Assembly: GCA_035286165.1 (NCBI GenBank)
Contig: JAYKHZ010000133.1
Location: 1 to 43,643, forward strand
Source: Synechococcus sp.
Lineage (GTDB): Bacteria; Cyanobacteriota; Cyanobacteriia; PCC-6307; Cyanobiaceae
Length of the DNA stretch: 43,643 nt
Direction: 5' to 3'
Below the pieces are notes generated by a model, which saw only the letters and a program-made list of their open reading frames with translations, did no database searches and was not told where the DNA came from. Below, piece after piece: positions 32,047 through 42,694 of this stretch (its first letter is position 1; every line of letters begins with the position of its first letter). Made by a program: the position numbers and the translations under genes.

Positions 32047-35000
32047 TAAAATCTGAAGAACACCTGCGCTTTCGTTTGCCAGCGCCCCTCTTGATCGAGA
32101 GCGCCCTGAAGCTCAAGTGTGTCGGTGGCCTGGTAGCGCAGCACCGCCTCAGCCGGAATATCGCTGCGGTTGGGGGCGGTGAGCACCGAAAGATTGAGGC
32201 GCTCGGTTAGATCCACCCCCACCTCCGCGGCCAACACCAGCTGGGAGGGCACGGGCCGGCCGGAGCGGCTGCGGTCGCGATCTTCGGTGTAGGGATCGAG
32301 ATAGGCGGGATACAGCGAAGCGGTCAGGCGCTCACCAAAGAGATCGCTGAATCCCCCCAGCACCGGGCTCAACAGGGTGCCGCCCAGCACGGTGGCCAGG
32401 GCGGTGCCGGGATTGCCCCCTGAGAAACCCGCCAGGGAATTGCCCCACAGCAGGGACACCAACTTCTCCCGGGGCAGGGGCGGCACGCTGCGCAGGGTGT
32501 AGTTCTCAGCGATGCGATCGGCCGACCCCCTCACAGTGACGATCACCTTCACCAGATTGAGCCGATCAAGGTTGGAGAAACTGCCCTGCAATTCATCGGC
32601 GCTCACCAACTGATCACCGCTGCCGGCCACCACCTGATCCGACACCCGCGTGACCAGCACAACATCGAGATAGGGAATCAACCCCAGCGACGGCGTGAAC
32701 ACCGCCACGTTGGCGTTGTTGGCGTCGAGCTTGAGCGTGTTGGTGAGCACATTGATGCGCCCTTGGAGCAAACGCACCACACCAGAGAGCTGCACATCTG
32801 GACCCGCGGCGCCATTGAGGGTGAGCAGGCCGCCGATCTTGAAATCCGCCACAGGCGCGGAGCGGATGCGCAGTTTTGGTCCAAAGCCCAGGCGCAAATT
32901 GCGGAAACGCAGGGCGCCGACACTGGGCAGGCTGCGGCGCAGGGCCACACCAGCGCTCGATTCCACCGACGGCCCCAGCAGCACCATCGGCGCGGAAAAA
33001 TCCCAACGACTCTCAGGGGTCAACGCCCCCAGCGACGTGGCAGCACCCCCTGGGCCACTGGCATCCAGCAGCGCCGAGGAAACATTCAGCTGACCATTGC
33101 TGAGCTGCAGCTGCCCCCCCAGGTACGGACGCTGCAAACTTCCCTCCAGGCGCAACACACCATCGGCCTGAACCTTGAGGTTGGGGCGCACAACGGGCAG
33201 CTGCTTGAGCCCAAACTCCAGACCAGCACTGCTGCCCCCAGGCTGGAAGGCCAGATTGCCGCTGCCGCTGAGCTGGCCGGAGCCCACCGTTGCGCTGAAT
33301 TGCTCAAGCTGCAGCCGCTGGAAGTCAAAGAAGGCGGACGCCTGCAGTTGACGCACGTTTTGCCCCGCCAGCAGCAGCTCCCCATCGCGCACGCGCAGAA
33401 AGCCATTCGCTACGGGCACCAGGCGACTGCCCCGCACCAGCAGCTGCAGATCCAGGCTGCCGCGCTGCCATTGCAGCTCCCCGCCGCTGAGGGCGGAGAG
33501 GAAGGCCAAACCATCGCCGCGGCTGGCCAAGCGCAGCTCAAGGCCCTCAGCCATCGGATCAAGGGGCAGGCGCCCTTGCAACTCCACAGCGCTGCTGGCC
33601 TGCCCTCCCCGCAGGGCGACATCGAGATCAAGCTGCTGATCACGCAGCTCGATGCGACCACGCTCCAGGACCAGGCCCTGGCCCTGCAAGCTGGCCTGAT
33701 CGAGGGCCAGATCAAGGTTGAGGCTGGATTGTTCCCCAACCAGGCGCCAGCTGCCCTGCCCGCGCAGGCGTCCCCGCAGGCCCACGGGCACAGGCGTGAG
33801 CAGGGCGATCAAACCCAGGGGCAAACCCGAGAAACTGAACCGACCATCCCCTTGATCCAGGGGCCCATTCACCCGGGCGATGAAGGGCTCAAGCTGCAGG
33901 GCTCGGTCCTGCTGTTCACCGCGCAACCAGAGGTGACCGCGACTCACCAGCTTCAGCCAGTACTGCTCGGGCCGAGAACCGCGCACCTCCACATCGGCAT
34001 CCATCACCCCCTGCAGGGCCTCAAGTGGCAGTGCCACCGGTCCCTCAGGCTGAGGACGCGCCAAAGCCAGCGCACGCTGGGCCCGCAGCAGCTCCTGAAT
34101 CTGTTGATCGAGGCTCTGCCCGAGGGTGTTGATGGCCAAGGCGCCAAGATCACTGGCCTGGCCAATGGGCACCGCCACACCTGGCTGGCGCAGATCCTGC
34201 AACAACCGCAGCAGCGAAGCCGCTTTTAAGCGCCGGACCTTGGCCTGCAAATCCAAGGCACCACCGAGCAAGCCGCGGGCGTTGAGCTGGAGAGACCCCT
34301 CCGCCAAACTCTGCAGCTCGGCATTCAGCGCATAACGGGGGCCCTGCAGACGCCCATCAAGCGTCAGTGCCTTGCCTTTGATCCAGGCCAATGCCGGTTC
34401 GCTGAGCTCCGCCTGGCCCTGCACCAAAAGGGGATCAAAACGCAGGGTTCCGCCCCCCTCCAACACCCCCGACAGGGGCAACACCGACTGCCCAGGAAGG
34501 CTGAGCTGCAACGGCGACAGTGCCCACTCCCGGGCGCTCCAAGCGAAGCGATCGCCGCGGCGCCGCAGGGCAAGGCTGCCAGCGCCCTTGTTGGCGCTGA
34601 GCCACTGCAGCTCACCACCATTCAGCTGCGCCTCGATGCGCGTGGAGGCAGAGGAGAGCTGGAGCTGGGCTGGCTGCCAGGTCCCCTGCCAGGTCTCTGC
34701 GGAACGCAGGCCCATGGCACCGGGTTGCTGCAGGGTGAAGCGAGCGCTGGGCTTGGGCTCAGCCGCCGTACCGCCCACCTCGACACGCGCTGAAACACTG
34801 CCCTGCAAAGCGGGATTCAGGGCCGAGAGGGGCATGGCATCCAGCTGGGCCTGGAGTTGCAGCACCCCCTGCTGCAGAGGCTTACCGGGCTGGGCTTGCC
34901 AATGGCCCTGCAAGCGCAACGGCTCGCCGGCCAGGCTGGAGCCCCCCTGCAGCTCAAGCCGCCGCGTGGCATGGCGCCACTGGAGCTCGGCCTTCACCTC

Positions 35001-36272
35001 ACCAAGCTGATCCTGGGCCAGTTGGGCGGAAGGCTGCAGTTGCAGCTGGGCCTGCAGCTGCTTGAGATCCGGGGAGCTGCCCAGCGCACCACTGGCCCTG
35101 CCCTGCAACCGCAGCAAGCCAGCGGGGGTTTGCAAGGCGCCATCCGCCAGGCGCAGCCACCAGCTGCGTTGCTTCAGGCCCAGCTGCCCGACCAACGCGG
35201 CACCCTGCTGGCCAAACAGGGCGGGCTCCAGCCGCAGAACCTGGCTGCTCAAGTCGAGTTCAGGCAGCACACGGCCGGCCAGCTGCAGCTGCGAGCCAGC
35301 AGAACGAAGCAGAAACTGCTGCAGCTGCAGGGAATGCCAGGGAGCCCCCTGCCAGTGCAAACCGGCAGCCAGTTCACCACCGCGCTCACCCCAACGCCAG
35401 CGGGCTGGCTTGAGCCGCAGCTGATCCCCACGGCAGCGCAGGGCCAGCTCAGGAAGCTGCAGTGGTGCCGCCACCCCCGTGACCGGCCAGCTCAGCTGCT
35501 TCAGCCGCAGGGGGCCATGGCAGCGGAAGCGATCGCCCTGCTGCTTCAACTTCAGCTGGGCAGACAGCTCACCGACCAGCTGCGGCAGGGGCTCTCCGCC
35601 CAAGGCGGTGAGATTCCGCAGCGGCATGCGGCGCAGCAGCAGCTGGGCCTCCGCACCGGGCTGGGCTCCCCAGCGATTGCTCAGCTGAAGTGAGAGCAAC
35701 GAACGGCGGGCACGGCCACCTGGGGGACGGAAATTGCCGCGAAAGCTCAGCTGCCGCGCCGGCAGATTCAGGTCAAGGCGGCCATCGGCAAAGCGCCAGG
35801 ACGCTTGATCGTCGAGTTGCACCCGCGCTGCATCCAACAGCGACAGCTGCAGACGCATGCGCGGCGGTGGCTGGCTGGGGTCGTTGCTGGGAAACACCCA
35901 GAGCTCCCCGGAGGCATTGGAGCGCAGGTGCAGCTTGAGCCCCGACAAGCCGATCGCCCCAACCCAGCGCCCCTGGCGCAGGCTGGCCAGCAGATCAGGC
36001 CTCAACGTGAGCCGCTCCAGCTCCATGGTGGAGGCGTCGCTGGGGCCTGGCCCCACCCGGGTGCGACCGAACACCAGCCCCTGCAAACCAATGCTTTGCA
36101 GGGGGCCGAGCGACACCGGATGGGCCAGACCAAGGCTGAATTGCTGTTGCAACCACTGGCGCAGGGGCTCACTGTTCCAGTCGCCCAGGGCCGCGGAGGT
36201 GCTGCAGCCAGACAGGCCGATCAAGGCCGCTGTGCTGGCCGGAAGCAGAACACGCCGGAGTGATCCACCCAT
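32046..36272 (-). CDS. tamB: Translocation and assembly module TamB (AsmA-like, DUF490)
   Basis: About 1400-aa beta-rich protein with C-terminal DUF490-like region (FTPSLGLIPYLD, LRSVPPLP, VFFRF); ATG at 36272. Confidence 0.85.
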   Translation of the reverse strand: MGGSLRRVLLPASTAALIGLSGCSTSAALGDWNSEPLRQWLQQQFSLGLAHPVSLGPLQSIGLQGLVFGRTRVGPGPSDASTMELERLTLRPDLLASLRQGRWVGAIGLSGLKLHLRSNASGELWVFPSNDPSQPPPRMRLQLSLLDAARVQLDDQASWRFADGRLDLNLPARQLSFRGNFRPPGGRARRSLLSLQLSNRWGAQPGAEAQLLLRRMPLRNLTALGGEPLPQLVGELSAQLKLKQQGDRFRCHGPLRLKQLSWPVTGVAAPLQLPELALRCRGDQLRLKPARWRWGERGGELAAGLHWQGAPWHSLQLQQFLLRSAGSQLQLAGRVLPELDLSSQVLRLEPALFGQQGAALVGQLGLKQRSWWLRLADGALQTPAGLLRLQGRASGALGSSPDLKQLQAQLQLQPSAQLAQDQLGEVKAELQWRHATRRLELQGGSSLAGEPLRLQGHWQAQPGKPLQQGVLQLQAQLDAMPLSALNPALQGSVSARVEVGGTAAEPKPSARFTLQQPGAMGLRSAETWQGTWQPAQLQLSSASTRIEAQLNGGELQWLSANKGAGSLALRRRGDRFAWSAREWALSPLQLSLPGQSVLPLSGVLEGGGTLRFDPLLVQGQAELSEPALAWIKGKALTLDGRLQGPRYALNAELQSLAEGSLQLNARGLLGGALDLQAKVRRLKAASLLRLLQDLRQPGVAVPIGQASDLGALAINTLGQSLDQQIQELLRAQRALALARPQPEGPVALPLEALQGVMDADVEVRGSRPEQYWLKLVSRGHLWLRGEQQDRALQLEPFIARVNGPLDQGDGRFSFSGLPLGLIALLTPVPVGLRGRLRGQGSWRLVGEQSSLNLDLALDQASLQGQGLVLERGRIELRDQQLDLDVALRGGQASSAVELQGRLPLDPMAEGLELRLASRGDGLAFLSALSGGELQWQRGSLDLQLLVRGSRLVPVANGFLRVRDGELLLAGQNVRQLQASAFFDFQRLQLEQFSATVGSGQLSGSGNLAFQPGGSSAGLEFGLKQLPVVRPNLKVQADGVLRLEGSLQRPYLGGQLQLSNGQLNVSSALLDASGPGGAATSLGALTPESRWDFSAPMVLLGPSVESSAGVALRRSLPSVGALRFRNLRLGFGPKLRIRSAPVADFKIGGLLTLNGAAGPDVQLSGVVRLLQGRINVLTNTLKLDANNANVAVFTPSLGLIPYLDVVLVTRVSDQVVAGSGDQLVSADELQGSFSNLDRLNLVKVIVTVRGSADRIAENYTLRSVPPLPREKLVSLLWGNSLAGFSGGNPGTALATVLGGTLLSPVLGGFSDLFGERLTASLYPAYLDPYTEDRDRSRSGRPVPSQLVLAAEVGVDLTERLNLSVLTAPNRSDIPAEAVLRYQATDTLELQGALDQEGRWQTKAQVFFRF

Positions 36273-36331
36273 TGGTTGCGGCGGTCTTGTCCGGAGTCGG
36301 CGCAATATAGGTGCGTTTCAAAGCACCCTCC

Positions 36332-36823
36332 ATGGTTTCGGATCCATTGCTGCTGCAGGCCGGTGCCTGGTTGGCTGCCGCCGCTGGCGTTCTCGGCGTG
36401 CTCACGGTGACCGGCTTCCTGCTGCGCTGGGGGATCCGCTTCCGCTTGGTGGGGGTCAGCAGTTTCACGCTGCTCCTGGCGGCCGGCTGCGCTGCTTTTG
36501 CGATCAGTTACAGCCCCCGCACCAGCATTGAAGGCGCCCTGGTGGTGCCAGTGGTGTTCGACAACGGCGGCGATCTGGTGGTGGCCGCCGCCGCCGCTGA
36601 CTTCCCCACAGCTCAAGCCGCACCGACAGTGGAACAGGTGGCCACCAACCTGCGGGGCAGTGGGCGCCGGAGCGCCGACGGCCTGGTGCACGTGCGCCTG
36701 CGCCAGCTGAAAGCAGAAGCCAATGGCAGCAACCGTCCTGTGCTGCTGGCAGAGGCGGTGCGCGACCTGCGCGACGACAGCGTGACCCTGGTCCCACTTG
36801 CGACGGGTCGGACGAGGAACTGA
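36332..36823 (+). CDS. ycf51: Ycf51 family protein (DUF2518)
   Basis: WGIRFRLVGVSSF, VVFDNGG, VRLRQL and SNRPVLL motifs. Confidence 0.88.
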   Translation: MVSDPLLLQAGAWLAAAAGVLGVLTVTGFLLRWGIRFRLVGVSSFTLLLAAGCAAFAISYSPRTSIEGALVVPVVFDNGGDLVVAAAAADFPTAQAAPTVEQVATNLRGSGRRSADGLVHVRLRQLKAEANGSNRPVLLAEAVRDLRDDSVTLVPLATGRTRN

Positions 36824-36886
36824 CACCGGAGACCCCCGGGAGGGTTTTTCGCGGCCTGAAATAAAAAGGTCCGCACCGCTCTTGCA

Positions 36887-37168
36887 ATGCTGCAACGCGC
36901 GCTCCTTCCCCTGATGGCAAGCCTCGTGGCAAGCCTTGGCTTTGGCAGCGCCCAAGCAGCGGCAAGCCAGCTGCTGGAGTCGGTGAAGCAGAACAAACAG
37001 CTGGCGGCCCAGCTCTGCGGTGAATTCCGCAAACTCAATGCCAGTGGCCGCAAAGCCCACGATCCAGCCATCATCAGTTCAACGGCAGCCCGTCAGGGCC
37101 TGAGCCAGCTGGATGCCGAAATCCTCACCACTTATGTGGTGGGCATGTACTGCCCCGACGTTCGCTAA
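36887..37168 (+). CDS. Conserved secreted hypothetical protein
   Basis: Signal peptide ending AQA, Cys pair LCGEF...DAEILTTYVVGMYCPDVR. Confidence 0.75.
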   Translation: MLQRALLPLMASLVASLGFGSAQAAASQLLESVKQNKQLAAQLCGEFRKLNASGRKAHDPAIISSTAARQGLSQLDAEILTTYVVGMYCPDVR

Positions 37169-37173
37169 TCCCC

Positions 37174-38805
37174 ATGGACGCGATTCCTGTTGCCATCCCC
37201 CTGCGCGATGGGGTGATGCAACAGGGTTTGCTGTGGTGTCCCAGTGGGACAGGACCATGGCCCGCCTTGGTGATGCGCCAGCCCTACGGCTGCCGCATCG
37301 CTTCCACCGTTGTGTATGCCCATCCCGCCTGGTACGCCCAGCAGGGCTATCTGGTGCTGGTGGTGGATGTGCGCGGCCGGGGTGCCTCCGGCGGTGAGTT
37401 CCTGGGCTTTGGCCAAGAAGCCCTCGATGGCGATGACACCCTCACCTGGCTGCGCAACGACTGGCGCTGCAACGGGCGTGTGGGCAGCTATGGCTTCAGC
37501 TACCAGGGCCTCACCCAACTGCTGGGGCGCAACGACGCCGTGGCGCCCGACGCCATGGCGCCGGCCATGTGCGGCCTCGATGAGCGCCTTCACTGGGCCA
37601 GCGAGGGCGGCGCCCACTGGTGGGCTCTGGGCCTGGGCTGGGGACTGCAACTGGCTGCTGAAAGCTGCCGCCGCCGAGGGGATGAAGCCGCCTGGCTGGC
37701 CATCCGCAGCAGCCTGCAGAACGGCAGCTTTCTGCACCACGGACCCGAGCTGCTGAGCGAGCACGATCCCAGCAACCCCGTGCTGGCCTGGCTGCAACGG
37801 GATGCCTGCAACAGCCAGGGCTGGAGCCGGCATCAACCCAGCCCGCAGCGACTGAAGCGCCCCATGCTGCTGGTGCAGGGCTGGAGCGACCCTTATCTCA
37901 ACGGTGGCCTGGATCTCTGGCAACAGGCCCGCAGGGCTGGATCCACCCCCCAACTGCGCATCGGCCCCTGGAACCACCTGAACTGGGATCGCCGTGTGGG
38001 CAATCACGACCACGGCAGCGCCGGCTGCGGTCGGGTGGATGAATGGCAACGACAGTTCTTTGACCACCACCTGCGCGATCGCAAACCGGCGGCTGCCAGT
38101 CCCTGCCTCGCCTACGACCTGCTGCTGCAGCAATGGCGCCAGCACGACCCCATGGCCCATCAACCCCTGCGCTGGGGGTTGGAAAGCCACGGTCTCGCCG
38201 CCAGTCGCAGCGATGAGGGCCGCCTGAGCCACGACAGCCAGGGGGCTGGAACGGTGGTGTGGGTGCACGATCCCTGGCGAGCGGTGCCGGGCCGGGGAGG
38301 CCATCTGGGCCTGGATGCCGGCCTGGTGGATCGGGCCGATCTCGATGGCCGCGCCGATGTGCTGTGTTTCAGCTCTGCGCCGATCGAGCAGCCGCTGGAG
38401 CTCTGGGGGCGGCCGCAACTGCGGCTGCAGGTGGCAGCCGATCGGCCCGGGTTTGATCTCTGCGCCAGCCTGTCGGTGCTGCGGCGCGATTCAGCCCAGG
38501 TGCTGCAGCTCAGCACTGGCGTGCTGCGCCAGTTGGGGGAGTCATGTCTGCAGCTGCAGTGGCGCTGCATCAACCTCCAACCCCTGCTGGCGAGCCTGAG
38601 GCCGGGCGATCGCCTGCGCCTGTCCCTGGCCGCCTCCGCCTGGCCCCAGATTGCAGTGAACCCTGGCACCGGAAGCCATGGCCCAGGCCCCGCTGGCATG
38701 CACCACGAGGTGATCACCCTGCAGGCGGCACTGGAGGGCAGCCATTTGGAGATGCAACCCCTCACACCGCCCATGCCGACAGAGTTTGCAAAAAAAACGG
38801 ATTAA
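37174..38805 (+). CDS. CocE/NonD family hydrolase (peptidase S15)
   Basis: MRQPYG, DVRGRGASGG, nucleophile GFSYQG, GWSDP, IGPWNH and RADVLCF motifs. Confidence 0.9.
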   Translation: MDAIPVAIPLRDGVMQQGLLWCPSGTGPWPALVMRQPYGCRIASTVVYAHPAWYAQQGYLVLVVDVRGRGASGGEFLGFGQEALDGDDTLTWLRNDWRCNGRVGSYGFSYQGLTQLLGRNDAVAPDAMAPAMCGLDERLHWASEGGAHWWALGLGWGLQLAAESCRRRGDEAAWLAIRSSLQNGSFLHHGPELLSEHDPSNPVLAWLQRDACNSQGWSRHQPSPQRLKRPMLLVQGWSDPYLNGGLDLWQQARRAGSTPQLRIGPWNHLNWDRRVGNHDHGSAGCGRVDEWQRQFFDHHLRDRKPAAASPCLAYDLLLQQWRQHDPMAHQPLRWGLESHGLAASRSDEGRLSHDSQGAGTVVWVHDPWRAVPGRGGHLGLDAGLVDRADLDGRADVLCFSSAPIEQPLELWGRPQLRLQVAADRPGFDLCASLSVLRRDSAQVLQLSTGVLRQLGESCLQLQWRCINLQPLLASLRPGDRLRLSLAASAWPQIAVNPGTGSHGPGPAGMHHEVITLQAALEGSHLEMQPLTPPMPTEFAKKTD

Positions 38806-38835
38806 CCTCCCTGCCAATTCGTGTGCTCCGGTCTG

Positions 38836-41142
38836 ATGGCTCTGGCAACCCTTGAGTGGATGGCCCAGGACGCAGAGCGTCTGGCCCAGTGCAACCACGA
38901 CCATCCACTAGCGGTGCTCGGCCCCCAGCAACTGGCTGATGGTCATTGGGTGCTGCGGGTGTGGATGCCCGATGCCGAGCACGTGGTGCTGTTGCACCAA
39001 GGCAGCGAGGTGGTGCTGGAGAACCCGCACCACCCCTGGATTTTTGAGGCTCCCCTCAGCGGCGATCCCGGCTGTGGCTATCGCCTCCGGGTGAAGCGGG
39101 CCGGCATCACCCACGAACAACACGACCCCTACGCCTTCCGCCATGAGTGGATGGGGGCCATGGACCGCCACCTGTTCGCAGAGGGCAACCATCACCACAT
39201 CTGGAAGCGGATGGGCGCCCATCCCCTGGTGCAGAACGGCGTCGCCGGCGTGCAGTTCTGCCTCTGGGCTCCCAGTGCCCGCAGTGTTTCGATCATCGGC
39301 GACTGCAACAACTGGGATGGCCGCCACTTGCCGATGCAGCAGCGGCTGGGGGGCATCTGGGAACTGTTTGTGCCGGGCCTGGGAACAGGCGCCCACTACA
39401 AGTACGAAATCCACACCCAGGAGGGCCATTGCTACGAGAAGGCCGATCCCTACGGCTTCCAACACGAGGTGCGGCCCAAGCAGGCCTCCCTGGTGGCCGA
39501 CCTCAACCAGTTCGAATGGAGCGATGACGCCTGGCTGAAAACCCGCGACAGCCGCAATCCCCTGGAGCAGCCCGTCTCGGTGTACGAGATGCACATGGGC
39601 AGCTGGATGCACGGCAGCTGGGATGAGCCCTTCATCGAAGCCGATGGCACCCCGAGGCCCCCAGTTCCGGCTGCCGATCTCAAGCCTGGCGCCCGCCTGC
39701 TCACCTACCCCGAACTGGCTGATCGGGTGATCCCCTATGTGAAAGCCCGCGGCTTCACCCACATCGAGCTGATGCCGATGGCGGAGCACCCCTTTGATGG
39801 CTCCTGGGGCTATCAGGTCACGGGCTTCTACGCCCCCACCAGCCGCTTTGGCACCCTCGATGAATTCCGCGCCTTTGTGGATCGCTGCCATGCCGAGGGC
39901 ATCGGCGTGATCCTGGATTGGGTGCCGGGCCACTTCCCCAAAGATGCCCATGGCCTTGCCTTCTTCGATGGCAGCCATCTGTACGAGCACAGCGACCCCC
40001 GCATCGGCGAGCACAAGGAATGGGGCACGCTGATCTTCAACTACGACCGCAATGAGGTTCGCAACTTCCTGGTTTCCAACCTGATTTTCTGGTTCGAGGA
40101 ATTCCACATTGATGGCATCCGCGTGGATGCAGTGGCCTCAATGCTTTACCGCGATTACCTCCGCCCCGATGGCGAGTGGATCGCCAATGAGCACGGCGGC
40201 CGCGAGAACCTGGAGGCGGTTCGCTTCCTGCAACAGGCCAACTCGGTGCTGTTCCACTACTTCCCCGGCGCCCTCTCGATCGCTGAGGAATCCACCACCT
40301 GGCCCCTGGTGACCATGCCCACCTCCATGGGAGGCCTTGGTTTCAACCTGAAGTGGAACATGGGCTGGATGCACGACATGCTCGATTACTTCGAGCTCGA
40401 TCCCTGGTTCCGTCAGTTCCACCAGAACCACGTGACCTTCTCGATCTGGTACGCCTTCACCGAGAATTTCATGCTCGCCCTCAGTCACGATGAGGTGGTG
40501 CACGGCAAGAGCAACCTGCTCCACAAGATGCCTGGCGACGACTGGCAGAAGTTTGCCAATGTGCGAGCCCTGCTCACCTACATGTGGACCCACCCGGGCA
40601 AGAAGACCATCTTCATGGGCATGGAGTTCGGCCAGCGCGCTGAATGGAATGTCTGGGGCGATCTGCAATGGGATCTGCTCCATTACGAACCCCATCTGGG
40701 TCTGCAGCGTCTGGTGGATGATCTCAATGCCTTCTATCGCTCCGAACCGGCGCTCTATGGCGACGATTTCGATCAGTACGGCTTCCAGTGGATCGATTGC
40801 AACGACAACCGCCACTCGGTGATCAGTTTCATGCGCCGCTGCAGCGCCACCGGCAACTGGCTGGTGGTGGTGGCCAACTTCACTCCCACCAGCCACAGCA
40901 GCTACCGGATCGGCGTGCCCCTGGAGGGCTTCTACAACGAGGTGTTCAACAGCGACAGCAGCCGCTACGGCGGCAGCAACCTCGGCAATCTCGGCGGCAA
41001 GTTCACCGATTCCTGGGCGATCCACGGCTACGAGAACTCCCTCGACCTCTGCCTGCCGCCCCTGAGCGTGCTGATCCTGCGCCGTGACGAGGCCCGCAGC
41101 CTGTTGCGCAACCTCGAGGGAGTGGAGGCCGGCGAGGCCTGA
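38836..41142 (+). CDS. glgB: 1,4-alpha-glucan branching enzyme (GH13)
   Basis: [36 protein letters not shown] and [10 protein letters not shown] motifs. Confidence 0.97.
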   Translation: MALATLEWMAQDAERLAQCNHDHPLAVLGPQQLADGHWVLRVWMPDAEHVVLLHQGSEVVLENPHHPWIFEAPLSGDPGCGYRLRVKRAGITHEQHDPYAFRHEWMGAMDRHLFAEGNHHHIWKRMGAHPLVQNGVAGVQFCLWAPSARSVSIIGDCNNWDGRHLPMQQRLGGIWELFVPGLGTGAHYKYEIHTQEGHCYEKADPYGFQHEVRPKQASLVADLNQFEWSDDAWLKTRDSRNPLEQPVSVYEMHMGSWMHGSWDEPFIEADGTPRPPVPAADLKPGARLLTYPELADRVIPYVKARGFTHIELMPMAEHPFDGSWGYQVTGFYAPTSRFGTLDEFRAFVDRCHAEGIGVILDWVPGHFPKDAHGLAFFDGSHLYEHSDPRIGEHKEWGTLIFNYDRNEVRNFLVSNLIFWFEEFHIDGIRVDAVASMLYRDYLRPDGEWIANEHGGRENLEAVRFLQQANSVLFHYFPGALSIAEESTTWPLVTMPTSMGGLGFNLKWNMGWMHDMLDYFELDPWFRQFHQNHVTFSIWYAFTENFMLALSHDEVVHGKSNLLHKMPGDDWQKFANVRALLTYMWTHPGKKTIFMGMEFGQRAEWNVWGDLQWDLLHYEPHLGLQRLVDDLNAFYRSEPALYGDDFDQYGFQWIDCNDNRHSVISFMRRCSATGNWLVVVANFTPTSHSSYRIGVPLEGFYNEVFNSDSSRYGGSNLGNLGGKFTDSWAIHGYENSLDLCLPPLSVLILRRDEARSLLRNLEGVEAGEA

Positions 41143-41162
41143 AGTGCGGCACTGGCGGCCCC

Positions 41163-42674
41163 TCAGGGATCGCCGCTCTCCACGCCGGTCTCCCGCTCCA
41201 GCACGGCCCGATCCAGGGCCTGGCGGGTGAGGCCGGCCAGCAGGGCGGCACGGGCCACCTGCAGATCCCGCTCCACCAGCAGCACCTCGGTGATCGGCTC
41301 CACCATCGCCCGGTAGCGCAGCCGGGCGTCGCGCACGGCCCGCTCGCCGGCGCTCACCGCCTCGCGGGCCGCGGCCAGCGTGGCCGGGGCTGCCTGCAGA
41401 TCGCTCCAGGCGCGGCTCACCTCACGGCGGATGCGCTGGCGGGCCACCTCCTCGTCGGCCCGCACCAGATCGGCGTCCCGCTCGGCCAGCCGCGCCCCGG
41501 AGCCGGCCCGGCCGCCATCCCAGAGGGGCTGGCGCAGCAGCAGGGCCACGCCCCAGTTGTAGAAGGAACCGGCCGCGAAGCCGCTCTGCTCCAGGCTGGG
41601 CAGCGGCAGCGGCACGGGTGCGCCGTCGATGGCGCCACCCTGCTGGAGCACCGGAACACTGAGCTGGTTGCCGCTGTAGCCAGCCCCGGCCACCAGCTTC
41701 AGGCTGGGATACAGGGCGGCGCGGGCGGCGCGGGCCTGCTGGCGCTGGGCCCGCTCCTGCTCACGCAGGGCCTCCAGCAGGGGGCGGCCCTCGGTGGAGC
41801 GCCGCACCGTGCTGGGCAGATCCTCCGGCCACGGCGGCAGCTCCTGGAGAGGATCGGCCGCCTCCAGCGGGGTGGCCGCCGGCCGGTCCAGCAGGGCCGC
41901 CAGCTGCTCGCGGTTGCTCTCCAGCTGGGCTTCCGCCTGGGCCAGCCCCTGCTGGTCGGCGGCCCGCAGGCTGCTGGCGCGCAGCAGGTCGATGCGGGCC
42001 GCCAGGCCCCGGCTCAGGAAGGCGCGGGCGTCGTTCTCGATCGCCGTCGAGGCCTTCAGGGCGGAGCGCCAGACGGGCAGCAGCGCCTGGGCGAGCTGCA
42101 GCTGGCGGTAGGTGCTCACCAGCTCGAAGCGCACCTGGCGCTCGCTCTCCCGCCGGCTGGCCCGGCTGCTCTGCCGCTGGGAGCGGCTGGCGGCGATCAG
42201 GGCGAGCTGGCGCAGGGGCAGCAGATCCGCCCCCAACACCACGCCGGCGTTGCCGAAGCTGTTGCGCAGCACCGCATAGCCGCCGTTCTCCAGCGACAGG
42301 CTGATGTCGCCCAGGGTGGGCAGGTTGGTGATCACCCCCACGGAGCTCCCCACCTGGGTGTAGCTGCCCAGGCCGACCAGATCGAGCTGGGGCAGCAGCA
42401 GCGAACGGTTCAGCGCCACCAGCGCCTCATCCCGCTCCAGTTGCCGCTGGGAGCGCTCCAGCTGGGGGGAGTCGGCCAGCCCCTGCTCCAGCACCTGCCG
42501 CAGGGACAGCGACTCGGCATCCGCGGCCCCGGGCGGCAGCAGCAGGGCCGCCAGGCCCAGCGGGACCAGCCGTCGTGGGTCGAGGCGGCGGCGAAGGGAG
42601 GCGGTGAACGGGACCAAGGCGGAGCTGGAAGCGGCAACAGGCCGCCCGACCTTACGTGCCCTCTCCCGTACCAT
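41163..42674 (-). CDS. TolC family outer membrane efflux protein
   Basis: Signal peptide then LSLRQVLEQGLADSPQL, two OEP repeats (LLPQLDL; LYPSLKL), LRQPLWDGG and RLRYRAM; start uncertain (TTG at 42617 possible). Confidence 0.87.
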   Translation of the reverse strand: MVRERARKVGRPVAASSSALVPFTASLRRRLDPRRLVPLGLAALLLPPGAADAESLSLRQVLEQGLADSPQLERSQRQLERDEALVALNRSLLLPQLDLVGLGSYTQVGSSVGVITNLPTLGDISLSLENGGYAVLRNSFGNAGVVLGADLLPLRQLALIAASRSQRQSSRASRRESERQVRFELVSTYRQLQLAQALLPVWRSALKASTAIENDARAFLSRGLAARIDLLRASSLRAADQQGLAQAEAQLESNREQLAALLDRPAATPLEAADPLQELPPWPEDLPSTVRRSTEGRPLLEALREQERAQRQQARAARAALYPSLKLVAGAGYSGNQLSVPVLQQGGAIDGAPVPLPLPSLEQSGFAAGSFYNWGVALLLRQPLWDGGRAGSGARLAERDADLVRADEEVARQRIRREVSRAWSDLQAAPATLAAAREAVSAGERAVRDARLRYRAMVEPITEVLLVERDLQVARAALLAGLTRQALDRAVLERETGVESGDP

Positions 42675-42694
42675 CCGGCCAGTGCGACGGACCC

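Noticed and set aside
36828-36849. Possible terminator after ycf51
   Set aside because: The stem has only three G-C pairs and relies on G-U pairs; too weak to call
38790-38797. A8 homopolymer as a phase-variation site
   Set aside because: It lies in the last few codons of the CocE/NonD gene, so slippage would only alter the extreme C-terminus
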